From Felis catus (Eukaryota), in NCBI RefSeq assembly GCF_018350175.1, contig NC_058382.1, positions 61,568,001 through 61,632,000 of the forward strand: a DNA stretch of 64,000 bases. The letters are read 5' to 3'. This document shows positions 20,355 to 44,100 of this stretch, one piece after another. The translations under genes were made by a program, and so were the position numbers. The notes below the pieces were generated by a model, which saw only the letters and a list, made by a program, of their open reading frames with translations, did no database searches and was not told the origin of the DNA. The stretch's first letter is position 1; each line of letters starts with the position of its first letter.

Positions 20355-21885
20355 GCAATAGTGGATTTTCTTATATGGCCTTTATTATATTGAGCTAAGT
20401 TGCATCTATTCCTAACTTTTGAGAGTTTTAATATGATGGCGTATTGAGTCTTAAAACATACTTTCTCTACATCTATCGAGATGATCCTGCAATTTTTATC
20501 CTTCAACAGACGGCATTTGGAAATTGGATATCCATATGCCAAATATTAAAATTGGACACTTATTGGGGCAGCTGGGTGGCTCAGTTGGTTAAGCGTCCAA
20601 CTTTGGCTTGGGTCATGATCTCACAGCTCGAAGGCTTGTAAGTTCGAGCCCTGCATGGGGCTCTGTGCTGACAGCTCGGAGCCTGGAGCCTGCTTCAGAG
20701 TCCGTGTCTCCCTCTTTCTCTTCCCGTCCCCTGCTCTCACTCTGTCTCTGTCTCTCTCTCAAAAATAAACATTAAAAAATTTTTAAAAACTAGACACTTA
20801 TCTTACACCATACACACAAAAAGTCAACACAAAATGAATTAAACACTTAATATAAGACCTGAAACTATAAAACTCCTAGAGGAAAACATAGGGGAGAAGC
20901 TTCATGACATTGACCTTGACAGTGATTTCATGGATGTAACTCCCAAAGCACAGGCAATGAAAGTAAAAAGAGACAGGTTTTGGGGCGCCTGGGTGGCGCA
21001 GTCGGTTAAGTGTCCGACTTCAGCCAGGTCACGATCTCGCGGTCCGTGAGTTCGAGCCCCGCGTCAGGCTCTGGGCTGATGGCTCGGAGCCTGGAGCCTG
21101 TTTCCGATTCTGTGTCTCCCTCTCTCTGTGCCCCTCCCCCGTTCATGCTCTGTCTCTCTCTGTCCCAAAAATAAATAAACGTTGAAAAAAAAAATTAAAA
21201 AAAAAAAGAGACAGGTTTTCATCAAACTAAAAAGCTTCTGCACAACAAAGGAAATAACGAAGTAGAAAGTCAGCCTGTGGGATTGAAGAAAATATTTGCA
21301 AACTGTATATCCGACAACTGGTTTGTTTCCAAAATGTATAAGGAATTCCAACAATTCAATAGTAAAAAAAACAACCTGATTACAAGAAAGACACATGAAT
21401 AGATAGACAAGATAGACATGAATAGACATCTCTCCAAAGGAGACATACAAATGGCCAAGATGTATAGAAAAAGATACTCAATGTTGGGGCGTTTGGCTGG
21501 CTCAGTTGGAGGACCATGTGGCTCTTGATTTCAAGGTCATGAGTTTGAGCCCCACGTTGGGTGTAGAGATTACTAAATAAATAAATAAATAAATAAACAA
21601 ACAAACTTAAAAAAAAGATGCTCAGTGTTACTAATCATCGGGGAAATGCAAATCAAAACCACAGTGAGATACCATTTCGTACCTGTACCTGTTAGGATGG
21701 CTATTATCAGAAAAATAAAAGACGACAAGTGTTGGTAAGGATGTGGAGACACTGGAACTTTTGCACACTGTTCATGGGGATGCAAAATGGTGCAACCACG
21801 AGGGAGAGCCGTGTGGAGCTTACGCCAGCAGTTACAAGGAGAGCTAACACATGACCCAGCAATCCCACTTCTGGGTATCTATCTA
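20355..21885 (+). mobile_element. 5'-inverted LINE-1 fragment (ORF2) interrupted by three CAN-SINEs (~20565-20790, 20982-21202, ~21485-21615)
   Basis: ~20355-20503 encodes RT-like KDKNCRIISIDVEK on the minus strand; from ~20500 the plus strand gives ORF2 C-terminal peptides (FGNWISICQILKLD; THDPAIPLLGIY). The young SINE has TSD AAAAAGAGACAGGTTTT. Confidence 0.8.
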
Positions 21886-22596
21886 CAAGACCTCGATTTA
21901 TACTTGAGTAAAGCTGTTAAAGAAAAAAGAACCCTCCAGTGGCTCCCGTCTTGGCACAAATCAAAGCCGGTGTGGGTACAAATGCTACAGCTTTGCTTCT
22001 CACTTCACCTTTCACCAGGCTTCCCGTTTTACCAATCTCTGGCCACACTGACCTGCTTTCTTTTCCACAGGCACACTGGATCTTTCGGTTCCTCGCGTGT
22101 TTTGCATGTGCTTTTCCCCAGTCCTTCAGTGGTTCTCACCGTCCTACCCTTTGGGTCTTACCCGGAGCCTACTGTCCTCCTCCCCCGACCTTTTCCACCG
22201 TCTGGTCACCCTGTTTATTTCCTTTTTGGTGCTTATCCTATCTCTTATCAATTTGTATCTTTACATATTGTCTGTCTGGCTCCTTGAGTGCTAGGACCTT
22301 GTCTGTCTTTTCTCTGCTGTGTCGCAGTACCTCAGCCAAGGCCTGGTTTACCAGACCCTGATTCAGTTCAACAGCGGGTGCTAACACACCTTTGTGGAAG
22401 CCTCTCTCACTCAAGGCTGACCTCACTCGCGGACTTATTCCTTCCTCAGTCCATGTAAGGAAGCACCTCCTGTGTCCAGCCACTGTTCTGGGCAAGCAGC
22501 CCTGAAGAAAGTAAACAGAACGCTTGTCCATAACCCTTGGTTTCTGGTGGGGGGGAGGGGTGATGGTAGAGACAGTAAGCAAAAGGTATGAGGCAG

Positions 22597-22754
22597 GGGT
22601 GCCTGGGTGGCTCAGTTGGTTGGGTGTCTGAGTCTCACTTTTGGCTCAGGTCATGATCTCACTGTTTGTGAGTTCAAGCCCCGCATTGGGCTCTCCATCG
22701 TCAGTGCAGAGCCTGCTTTGGATTGTCTGCTCCCTTCTCTTTCTGCCCCTCTCC

Positions 22755-22794
<40 letters not shown>

Positions 22795-23742
22795 AACAAA
22801 CAAACAAACAAACAAACAACCACACATTAAATACTACTACTAAGTATATGAGACCGAGGACATCAGACAGTGGTGAGGATTATAGAGAGAAACGAAGCAA
22901 GGGCACGGCAAACCTAGAAAGCAGTAATAATACCAGCTACTTCAGATCCAGGCTTCACCAACGTCCCTTAACCCATCCTCCACCGATTCTTCCCCTGGCC
23001 TCACTGTGCCTCAGTTTCCCCTTCTGTAAGACGGAACAGAACGCAGCGCTTCCCTTCCCCCTCCCTCAGCAGCGGTGAACACCGCCCAGGGTCGTGCAGG
23101 TGCCCTCCAGCAGCGGCTGTTCACACAGTGATTCCCACTTCCCTTTTCCCCTCAACCACTGGGCTTTGTTGTTGCTGTTGGTTTTTTTTCAAAGAAATTA
23201 AATACCACCATTTTTTCCTTAAGTGTTGTGGTTTCGATTTAAACCATGACTTTTCTGGGGAGCCCTGGTGGCCCAGTCGGTTAAGCATCTGACTTGGGCT
23301 CAGGTCACCATCTCACAGTTTGTGGATTCCAGCCCTGCGTGGGGCTCTGTGCTGACAGCTCAGAGCCTGGAGCTGCTTCGATTCTGCGTCTCCCTCCCTC
23401 CCTGTTCCTTCCCCCTCCCCCCCCCCTCAAAAATAAATAAACATTTAAAAAACGTATATGAGGGGCGCCTGGGTGGTGCAGTTGGTTGAGCGTCCGACTT
23501 TGGCTCAGGTCATGATCTCACGGTTGGTGAGTTTGAGCCCCGCATCGGGCTCTGTGCTGACAGCTCAGAACCTGGAGCCTGATTCCGATTCTGTGTCTCC
23601 CTCTCTCTCTCTCTCTCTCTCTGCCCCTCCCCTGCTGGTGCTCTGTCTCCGTCTCCCTCTCTCTCTGCCCCTGCCCGGCTCCTGCTCTGTCTCTGTCTCT
23701 CTGTCTGTCTCTGTCTCTGTCTCTCTCTCAAAATGAATAAAC
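22597..23742 (+). mobile_element. CAN-SINE cluster upstream of DEF8 (~22597-22820, ~23258-23455, ~23462-23742)
   Basis: Three SINE heads GGGG(T/A/C)GCC..GGTGG with (CT)n and A-rich tails. Confidence 0.85.
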
Positions 23743-23779
23743 ATGACTTCTGTGATTACAGGGAACACAGAAAATGCAG

Positions 23780-24700
23780 CACCGCGCCGCGCCGTCTGGA
23801 ACAGGGCGGGCGAGGCCTCACCCATTTCCCGGAGGCGGACGTGGAGGCTGCGGGCTCGGCCGCCTGTCATGAGCCTCCGGGCCGCAGGCGGCAGCAGCGG
23901 GCGGCGGCGGCTGCACTGTGGCGAGGGCGGCGGGCGGGTTCCAATGTGGCGAGGGCGGCGGCGGTCAGGTGAGCGGCGGAGGGGGGAGTCGGGGCGGGCC
24001 GGCTGAGGGGCGGGGGTGCCGGGGGTGCGGGGAGCAGGGGCGCTCGGCCCGCGGGGGCTCTGTCGGCCGGCTGCGGCGCCCCCTGCCCGAGGGCGCGGGG
24101 GACGAGCGACGGGCCCCGGACCCCCGCCCCCACCCGGGGCGGGATCCAGACCCGACGGGTCGGGGCGCGCACCCTCCGGGCCTCCCTCGGGCGCAGAGGG
24201 CGTCGGCGACCCGCGCTGCGGTGCTCCGCGGCTCGGACGCGTTTATCACCCGAGAGGGGGAATGCCGCCCCCTCCCCGCCCCCCAGGTGACGGTGTCACC
24301 GCTTCCGGCCTCGACGTGGGGCCCGCGCCACCTCCCAGGACTGTGCCACTGTCCGCGAATGCTGGGCCGCGCCGAGCCTCAGTTTCCTCGCCTATGAAAT
24401 GGATGCGCGCCCGCCGCGGGTTCGCGGGGGTCCCCAAAGTGTGGCCTGTTGTTGTGAGCCAAGTTGGGGAAGGTGCCTGTTCCCGAGGCGGCCAGCGGCC
24501 ACTCCGCCGGCGTCAGTGGCAGACAACCCCCCTCCAGCTGTGGCGGGGGTGACGCTAGACCCTTTTTGGTGGCTGTGCCCCAGGCAGGACACCGAGGCTG
24601 GCGGAGTCACGAACCCCGAGCTTTATCCTGAAGTCCCCTCGATTGCGAACTCGCGTTTTCCTCCCCTCACTTCTGCCAGAGAAGGGTCGTCTCGGAGGAG
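23780..24700 (+). promoter_or_regulatory. DEF8 CpG-island promoter and putative non-coding exon 1 (donor CAG|GTGAGC after 23968)
   Basis: Dense CpG island with a strong donor, about 3.9 kb upstream of the first coding exon. The TSS cannot be determined from sequence. Confidence 0.75.
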
Positions 24701-24968
24701 GGCAGAGGTGGATAGTGGGCTTAGTGGCTTCCTTTCCCTCAGTCTCCTCCCTCCTGCCTGTTCCGTGGAGGCCAAGCCTGAATGTGGGGGCAGGGCTCTC
24801 TGAGGGGTGAACCCTGCGGGGCTCGGTGTGTGGGTCCGAGTCAGCTGCTGTGTGGCTGCGGTGGCCCAGTATGTTGGGACATCACCTGTCTGTGCTTGGC
24901 AGCCCTGAGCGAGGCGTGATTCTCCAACCTGGCAGGAGAGAGACTGAGGCTGAAGGGTCAGGGGACCC

Positions 24969-25050
24969 TCCATCCATCCATCCATCCATCCATCCATCCA
25001 TCCATCCATCCACCCATCCACCCATCCACCCATCCATCCAACCAACCATC
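24969..25050 (+). repeat. (CCAT)n tetranucleotide microsatellite
   Basis: About 20 imperfect CCAT/CCAC units. Confidence 0.95.
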
Positions 25051-26014
25051 CGTGGCCTCTGTGCCAAACCTGGAGCCGGCACTACCCCTAGGCAGGCAAA
25101 TGAAAGATGCTTTTCCAAGGGAGCTTCCAGCCCAGAGGTGTTCCCGCCTTTGAGCTGCTCTGGCCATATTTTAAAATGCTGGGAGATTTCCTGGGGGTTG
25201 GGCTGGACATCATGTGATGACAGTGACAGTTCGGTTAGGAGCACCTCTGGGCTGTGGGCTCTCCTGCCTTATTTAACTACACACTTGGTCCTTCTACCCA
25301 CCCCAGTAGGTAGGTATTCTCCCTTATTTGTGGGCAAGAAAATGAGATCGTATAGCTCATCACTGGGAGGCCCAGAATGTAAATCAGGGCCGTATGATTC
25401 TTAATAACATTAGGAACAATGATAATGCTAAGTTGTAGCTGATATTTATTGGATGCATGCTGCATGCTGGCCAGGATACTCAGACCTCTGTATTTAATCT
25501 TTGTGAAAATCCTATACAGCGGGTACTATTATTATCCCCATTTGAAACATGAGAAATCAAAAGCAAAGAAAGGTTGAGGCATTTGCCGGAGACCATGCAC
25601 GTCAGCTGGGAGCTGGCAGAGCTGGGATTCGAATAGCACCAATTCGTTTTATTACCACAAGGCGCTCAGGGCGGCCACACAGGGTCTGTTTTGGATGTAA
25701 GAGACAGAAATCCCTCTCCCAAACAGAAGTTTATGTCTGTCTTATTTGAATGAAGCCTGGGGGTGAAGCAGCTCAGGGTTTCTACATCACAACCCAAGGT
25801 GGCTACTCTAGCTCCACCCATTACCTCTGCATCCCAGGTGACCAGAGTTAGAGCTGAAGAGGGGCAGTGCCTCCTTTTAAGAACAATTCTCGTGAGATCT
25901 TTCTGTTTAAATTCTATCGGTCTTAACATAGTCACATGAGCACATCTAGCTGTAGGGATTCTAAGCCAAAAATCTAGCTCCCCCACAGTCAAAGAAAACA
26001 CAGACCTGGATAGT

Positions 26015-26432
26015 TGTTAAAAATAGTAAACACAGATTTTATTGAGGGCTCTTGCAGTAGGGGAAAAGAGCTGTTGGTCTTGAAGCCAGTTCGACGCCGA
26101 ATACGGCATGGGCAAGTGGGAGTTTATAGCCAAGGAGCAGCTTAAAATCATTGCATGGAAACTTAATGTGGGGGGGGGGGACGTCAGGGGTTCGGGGAGG
26201 ATTCTGGCTAAACCCACCCGACAGGATTTTTGCTGAGGGCAAGCCGGGTGATCAGATGTCACCTGGGGGTGATACCAGATGTGAGGCTGACCAGGCATCA
26301 GAGTGGGGGACTCTTGCTAAACTCAAACAGCAGGGTTTTGTTAAAATTGGATTTTACAGGAAGGGCACAGGTGAGCCTGTGATAGATTTTGGGAGCCTGA
26401 CTCAAGTCTGGTCAAGTAAAGAATCTTTGTCA
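26015..26432 (-). mobile_element. ERV solo LTR, antisense within DEF8 intron 1
   Basis: 418 bp with TG...CA termini. On the minus strand GGCTATAAAC (~26122-26131) lies about 80 bp upstream of AATAAA (26038-26043), the typical U3-R layout. Family not assigned and no clean TSD seen. Confidence 0.7.
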
Positions 26433-27810
26433 CCGCTTGGGGAGAAGAGGTGAAGGAGTATGGCCCTTCCTGCACCCCAGAGTCCTCTTCGTAGGACACT
26501 GTGGCCCCTGCCATTTGGAGAGGCACCAGGCATGGGGGCCCAACCACCCTGTGTGAGCTGCCCAAAGCTGTCAGGTAACAAGAGAGAGGAGGCTTAAGCC
26601 CATGGCACCTGTAATTTCCCGTGTTTTGACCCAGGGGCAGCCAGTCAGTGGGTGCCGGTTTCTGCCGGACCAGAACTCCTGACCCACATCCTCCCTCCAG
26701 AGGCCAAACAGGCAGGACAGGTCTCACAGTGTGGGCGTTTCTGACCCAGATGCAGGACAGCGGCCAGCACTGGGCAGGGGTGGGGGGTGACTTACCAAGG
26801 CCATCCGTCTGGGCTCAGTTCTGTTTCTCTTGCAGGGGGTGCAGATAGGGGTCACAGGATTATCCTTGATAATCGCAAGTTATTTCAGACTAAATGGCAT
26901 GAAGAAAGCAACTAATACCTGTCACTTTCTACAAAGCTGTTTTACAAAACATCTGACTTGCTGTCACCCTGGAGGCAGGGAGAGGCTAAGGAATGTGGCC
27001 CCATTTAGGAAGGAAACCCCTGACCTCACCAAAGCCCCTTTCTCCCTGTCGGAGGCCATCAGCCCTGTGTGTTCTGGACCGAGCCCTCGGGAGGGGAAGC
27101 AGCACCAGGTGGTGAACTAAGAACTTCCTCCCCCTTCCTGGGAGCCCAGGGTGTGGGGCCATGTCCTGACTTAGGCCACATGGAGCCTCGGTGGGAATCC
27201 AGGCCAGTGAGGTGCCACCCTTGCTGACATGATGATTAGCGAGTGATGCCGGGGTCTCCTCTACGTGGCCAGCAGAGAGCTGGAGCTCCGAGGGCCCTGG
27301 GAAGGTGGGTCCTGCCCAAGGCCACGCTGTGGATGGCCGAGCAGGCCTGGGCTCTGGGCTCCAGAGGGTACAGCACTGTGACCTCTGGCAGTCTTCACCG
27401 GTGGCTCCGCTCAGGGGCTGTGGTTTTGGGTTGCTCTGACAGAAAGGGAGCACGGCTGGTTGGGGCCGGAAGTAAGGAACCGGGTCCTGGGAGGTGGCGT
27501 CTCACGGGGGCAGCCAGGCCTTTCTTCCGGCTGGACTGGGGATGAACGAAGCATCTGGGGCCGACGGGAGGCGAGGGGCCTAGGTTCTGACCGGCGGGGC
27601 GCCCTCGGGTAGGTCGTCCCCCTGTCCTAGCTCTGCTTGTGTCACCTGTGGGATCTGAGTGGGTTGCTGTTACTGAGGGGGTGCTGCCGGTGGGGCCTGG
27701 GTGAAGGGGCTGAGCTGGCTTGGGGACGGGCAGCAGACGGCACCTGTGGTGTGGGGGTGCCCCACCTGGCCCCTCCTGGGGAGGGGAAGGAGGCCAGGCA
27801 TCCCCTCTGA

Positions 27811-38409
<10,599 letters not shown>

Positions 38410-40362
38410 AGCAGCAGGCACCCCCCCACCCAAGCCTGTCTGGCATCCAACCTGCTGGTCATTGCCAAAGTCAAGGTGTTTTTTGTGTTCTGGAGACCCC
38501 AAGGGTGCAGCCCCTGGACGTCTCCCTTGTGCTGGGCCGGAGGGGTGTAAGCAGCACCATGAGGCCCGTCATCTGTCTCCCAGGCATCTGCTGGGATGTG
38601 GTGCAGCCTGGCTCTTTGCTGGGTGTGCTGCTGTGAAGGCTTCAGGGCTCCGTAAGCAGGGGAGTGGGCAAAGGGCGTCTCACCTCCCCGGTGGCAAAGA
38701 GCCTTGGGGCCGAGGCTGCTGGGCTTTGGCCACCCTGAAAACCCAGAAAGGACTTTGTGGGAGTAGCCAACAAACCCTGGGGATGCTGGCTACATACACC
38801 CAGACTTGGCCTGAGGAAAATCTGCAATGGATGATTTGGATCTACCTGGAGGCTCCCATCCCCCAGCCCCTTGTCTGTTTGGAGACTTCTAGTTGTCTCT
38901 GGCTGGGGTCGTCCACAACTGTCTCCTGAGGGCTCTGCCCCTGCCTCTTGAGGTTCTGTCTCTAGGTTCTCCTCCGACAGGACCAGCCCAGGGGTTACCT
39001 GTTCTGTGCAACGTGGAGGGAAGGGGGCCGTGGTCTCTTCCTCCTGCTCCCCCCTGCCGCTGCTCAGCCCAGCCTACCCTGGTGCTCCAGGCTGGGTGGC
39101 TGGGGGTCCAGCTGGGAGAGGCTGTCCTGCTTCCCAGTTTGGAGCAGGGACTATGCCCCTGGGGGAATTCTAGGTTAGGCAACGGGGTTGGCAGCAGTAG
39201 GCCCGTGTGGCTCTTCTGGGAACTCTCTGCCTGAGGAGCTCCATGCTGCTGCCACAGTGCCTGCGGAGGGCTCTGGACGGCCCAGAGACCACCAGCCAGT
39301 GGTCTTTTGCTTGGGGCCTGGAGGTGCTGGGAGTATTTGCTCAAGGGAGCTTTGGGCAGGAATCTTAGAGCCCATGCGGGAAGCCTGGAGCACAGGATGT
39401 GGAAGGTCCGGTACACCAGCTGGCAAATGGGGCCCTGAGGCAGAGGGTGAGAACCCACAGGTTCTTCACTGGTGGAGCCACAGTCAACCTCGCTATTTGC
39501 AGGGACGTTTTGTGCTTTAGAGACCTTGCCGTTGAGGGGGGAGTCCTGTGGGAAGGGGACATTTCAGGATGTGGCTCTCCAGCCTTTTGTGCCCTCTTGC
39601 CCAGACTGTGGTCAGCTGTTGATGCACATGGTTGACATACATATGTGGTGGGGGTGGGGTGGGCAGGGAACACAGCCACTTGGGTATCCATCACCTTTGG
39701 CTAGGAAACCCAAGAGGAGATGCTTCAGCCAGCAGAAAAGTCGGCTTAGCCTGCTGGAGGATCAGAGCGGTGGCTAAAGACCGTGTCCCCTCCTCCTGGC
39801 CCTTCTGCGCCATCAGAAAAGCCTCCGTTGGTGGCTTTAGGCAATCCTCTCGCTGAGTGTTCTGATCTGCCTTGGGGTAACAGTGAGAAGCAAACATTGG
39901 TGAGGTTGGGTCAACAGGTCCCTGCCCTGCTTCCCCTTCCTCTCGAGGGCTGAAGAGGGGCTTAAGGTCCAGATGCCCTTTTCCTGCACCCCCAGATCCA
40001 CACATTTTCCACCACTGCTTTCCGTTTCTGTCAGAAGGATACTGGCCATTCCCGGCTTTACCGCGTAATGGACGTCACATCATTGTAGTTACAATCGCCA
40101 CGTCCTTAGAAAGCATTAATAAGTTGCCATCTGCTGGACGAGGAGTTGGCCCCCTTTTCTTTTTAACAACCCCCATTCCCTCCTCCCCCAATATCGCCAT
40201 CTTCCCCTTCTGGATGACCGAGTCTTTAAACGAGATCACGTGTGGGTCTTGGAATCCAAGCACTGTAGCCGGAACCCACCAAAGAGCCAGTTTGCACGGC
40301 CCGCGCTTCACAGAAAAGCAGCAAGGGACACCTGGTTGTACTGACGCCATAGCCGCTGTCTC

Positions 40363-40368
40363 ATTAAA
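40363..40368 (+). terminator. Probable DEF8 poly(A) signal ATTAAA (3'UTR about 2 kb)
   Basis: ATTAAA followed by a GU-rich downstream element (TGGTGTGTGTGGTG). Confidence 0.65.
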
Positions 40369-41169
40369 TCTGTGTTCTCTAGACTCTGGTGTGTGTGGTG
40401 AATTGGGGACAAGACAGGATTTATTAACATGCAGACCAACTGCAGCCTTCCCCATCCAGTGGGGCCAAAGGTGATTCGGTTTGGGGAGTTTGTGATGAGT
40501 GTCAGAGGGCTGAGTGTATGGAGTCCCCTCAGCTCCATGTCTACGAAAGATGAAAACACATAACTTGGGGTTGTTCGGGCTCTAGGAAGCATTGAGCACT
40601 GAGCCTGGCGTGCAGAGAACGTTCGGTAAGTAGAAACTGTGTCTTCTGGAGTCCTCGTGGTTGAGGGATTATCTCATAACCCAGTGGAATCAGCGGGAAA
40701 CTGGCTGATCATGCAAGTCACATGTCCAGCGCCTGGCAATCTCTTTCACAAGCTAGACCCACAGAAGGGCCCTCACTGCAACTCAGGACCATTCCCATTG
40801 CCCTGGGCTTTAGGAGAACCCTAACTGCCCCTCTCCCAAATTACATTCAAGCCTCTGTATATGTACATTCTTTTCAGAGAGATGATCTACAGTTTTGACC
40901 AGGATCTCAAAGGGGCTATGACCCAGCGAATATAAGGAATCTTCTGATAAGACTGTAACCCTAACCCTAAAGAAACCAGAGAGCTCTATGGGCGCAAATG
41001 GAAGGGAGGGAGGAATGGTGTGGGAGGGCTGTTTGTGGGCCTGGTCTTGGCATATTTGAGCACACACCTCCAACTACAAGTAACTAAAGCTATACTTTGG
41101 ATACTTGATGTAAGATGAGTATGTTTTCTCTCTCTTTTAGGTGATGAAATGGTATTTTCTTTTTACCAT

Positions 41170-44100
41170 TAAATTTTTTTTAATGTTTATTCAGTTTTGA
41201 GAGAGAGAGAGAGAGAGAACATTAGCAGGGGAGGGGTAGAGAGAGAGGGAGATACAGAATCTGAAGCAGGTTCCAGGCTCTGTGCTGGGACAGCTCAGAG
41301 CCTGACATGGGGCTCGAACTCACAAACCGTGAGATCATGACCTCAGCCAAAGTCGGATGCCCAACTGACTGAGCCACCCAGGAGCCCCTCTTTTATCATT
41401 TATATATTGGCAAACTTAGATATACAGAACCATTGCAAAAACATTCCCATTTACCTATCTCCTGGATTCCCTAAATATATATTTTTTTAGCATTTATTTA
41501 TTTTTAAGAGAGAGAGACAGAGCACCAGCAGAGGAGGGGCAGAGAGAGAGGAGACAGAATTTGAAGCAGGCTCCAGGCTCCAAGCTGTCAGCACAGAGCC
41601 AGATGCGTGGCTTCAACCCATGAACCGCGAGATCATGACCTGAGCTGAAGTAGGACACTCAATCGACTGAGCCACCCAGGCACCCCTGGAGTCCCTAAAT
41701 ATTAACATTTACCTCATTTGCTGTATTCTTTCTGTGCACGTGCACATTTCTTTTTCTGAACCATTTGGCAGGGAGTTTCAGAGATGATGCTCCTTTGCCT
41801 CTAAATACATGCGTCTTCCTGCCAAACAAGGACGTTACAAGGCCACAGTGCACTTACCACTGGGAAATTAACATGGACACATCACAGAACCTACAACAAA
41901 ACTTATTTAGATTTTGCCATTCAGCTGCTATGTCTGTTTAGTCTTCTCGAATCTGGAAGGGTGCGTGATGGACCCCTTTAAGAAGCACAAGGTAACTGGG
42001 GCGCCCGGGTGGCTAAGTCGGTTAAGTGTCTGACCCTCAGTTTCCGCTCAGGTCGTAATCTCACAGTTTTGTGGGTTCGAGCCCTGTGTCGAGTAGGAGC
42101 CTGCTTGGGATTCTCTCTCTCTCTGTCTCTCTCTGCCTCTCCCCCACTTGCGCTGTCTCAGTCTCTCTCAAAATAAATAAAAGAAAAAAAAAGCACAAGT
42201 TAATAATTTTGAAGACTATCCTTCAATGCGGGTTTTTCTGATAGGATTCAGGCTTCGCACGTGGAGTGAGAATTCCCCAGAAGTGACGCTTTGATCTACT
42301 TGTCTCCTGCGTCCTTTTGACATGTTTCTGTCATTCTTTAGGAACCGCTTACTTTCTAGCGTAATAAGGCGTTCTTGGTTTTTCTTGCACTTTCCCACTC
42401 CTAGCCCTGAAACCAGCCATCTCCTCAAGGAGCCCCAATAGCTGTTAGTGGACAGTGGTAATTCAGTAAACAAGATGTGGTCGTCGGGTGTGCTCAGTCC
42501 TACTGGGCTGTCACTGCTTCTAGGTCCTTTTACCAGACAGGAAATAGTAGCCCTTCATCGACATCTAGTCCTCCATAAACATATTAAAAACATGAGTTCA
42601 CACTGATACTCCCAATTTCAAAGTAATGCCACAAAATTCTTTCCCCTTTTTAATATTTGTGATTCCATTCCTTGACAGAAACCTGGCTCTGTTATCTATA
42701 ATTATTTATTTGCTCAATCCTAGAACACACAGAGAGTACCTTCAGCATTGCCAACCTATGCCTCTGTGAAAAAGAAGCCTAGAGTTTAATATTTTTCTTG
42801 AGTTCCTTTTTGTATTTAGTTGAGGGAATACAGTCAAAACACAGCATTCAAAATTCACTTGGGTGTTTCTCCCCTTTCACTGTGCATATGTAATTCATGA
42901 GAAATATGGTTCCATTCATGTACTCCGTTTTATTTCCCTATTTTTATTTTTTTTAAATTGGCTTCACACCTAGTGCAAAGCCCAACATGGGGCTTGAACT
43001 CACAACCTTGAGATCAAGAGTCAGAAGTTTAAGCAACTGAGAGCCACCCGGGGGCCTCTTATTTGCCCGTTTTATTGCTGTGATATATTAACATGGTTCC
43101 TAAAGTCAGAACTTCACAAGAGGCCACGGTGCCTGGCTGGTTCAACAGAGACTTGCCTGTCTCTCTCTCTCAAAAATAAACATTAAAAAAAAATTTTTTT
43201 AAAGGCACTTTAAAAAATAAAAACCTTTACAAAAGGTTCGTCAAATATCTTCCTCCCCCGTTCTTTGCTTCTTTCCACCCCTTCCCATCAGGTAACCAAT
43301 GTCTTTGGTCTCTGGCTTCTCCTTTCTGGGTTTCTTTTTGCAAAAATGAGTATGATACATGTCTATTTTCTTATTTCGTTTACCCCTTTTTTTAAATAAT
43401 TTTTTTAACATTTATTCATTTTTGAGAGAAGGAGACAGAGCATGAGTGGGGGAGGGGCAGAGAGAGGGAGACACAGCAGCTGAAGCAGCTGTCAGCACGA
43501 AACCCGACTCAAGGCTTGAACCCATGAACCGCGAGATCATGACCTGAGCTGAAGTTGGACGTTTAACCAACTGAGCCACCCAGGCGCGCCCCACCCCCCA
43601 CCTTTTTTTTTTTTTAAGTTTGTTTTTTGAGAGAGAGAGAGCGTGTGAATAGTGGAGGAGCAGAGAGAGAGGGAGAGAGAAGAGAGAATCCCTAGCAGGC
43701 TCTGCACTGCAGCACAGAGCCTGATGTGGAGACTGAAGCCATGACCTGTGCGATCATGACCTGAGCCCTGAAGTCAAGAGCCTGATGCTCAACCCACTGA
43801 GCCACCCAGGAGCCCCTCCCCCTTCTTTCTTCCACAAAAATGATAGCATACTGTTTTTTTGCACGTTGCTTTTTTCAAATAATAGTATACCCTGGAAACC
43901 ATTCTCTATCAGTCCAGAGTTCTTCCTCCTTTATTACTGTTATCATCATTTACATCTAGATTATATCCCATTGTATGTAATAACCATTTCATATTTGACC
44001 ATTCTTCTATATACGAATATTCAGGCTGTCTCCTCACTTTTGCAGTAACAAACAAGGATGCAACAAGTAATCTGTGCACATGTATTTTCTTTTGTTGGAG

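Noticed and set aside
20982..21070. tRNA-like A/B-box sequences in SINE heads
   Set aside because: tRNA-derived CAN-SINE heads followed by (CT)n and poly(A), not tRNA genes.
40956..40970. TAACCCTAACCCTAA as an interstitial telomeric repeat
   Set aside because: Only about 2.5 units, within chance expectation.
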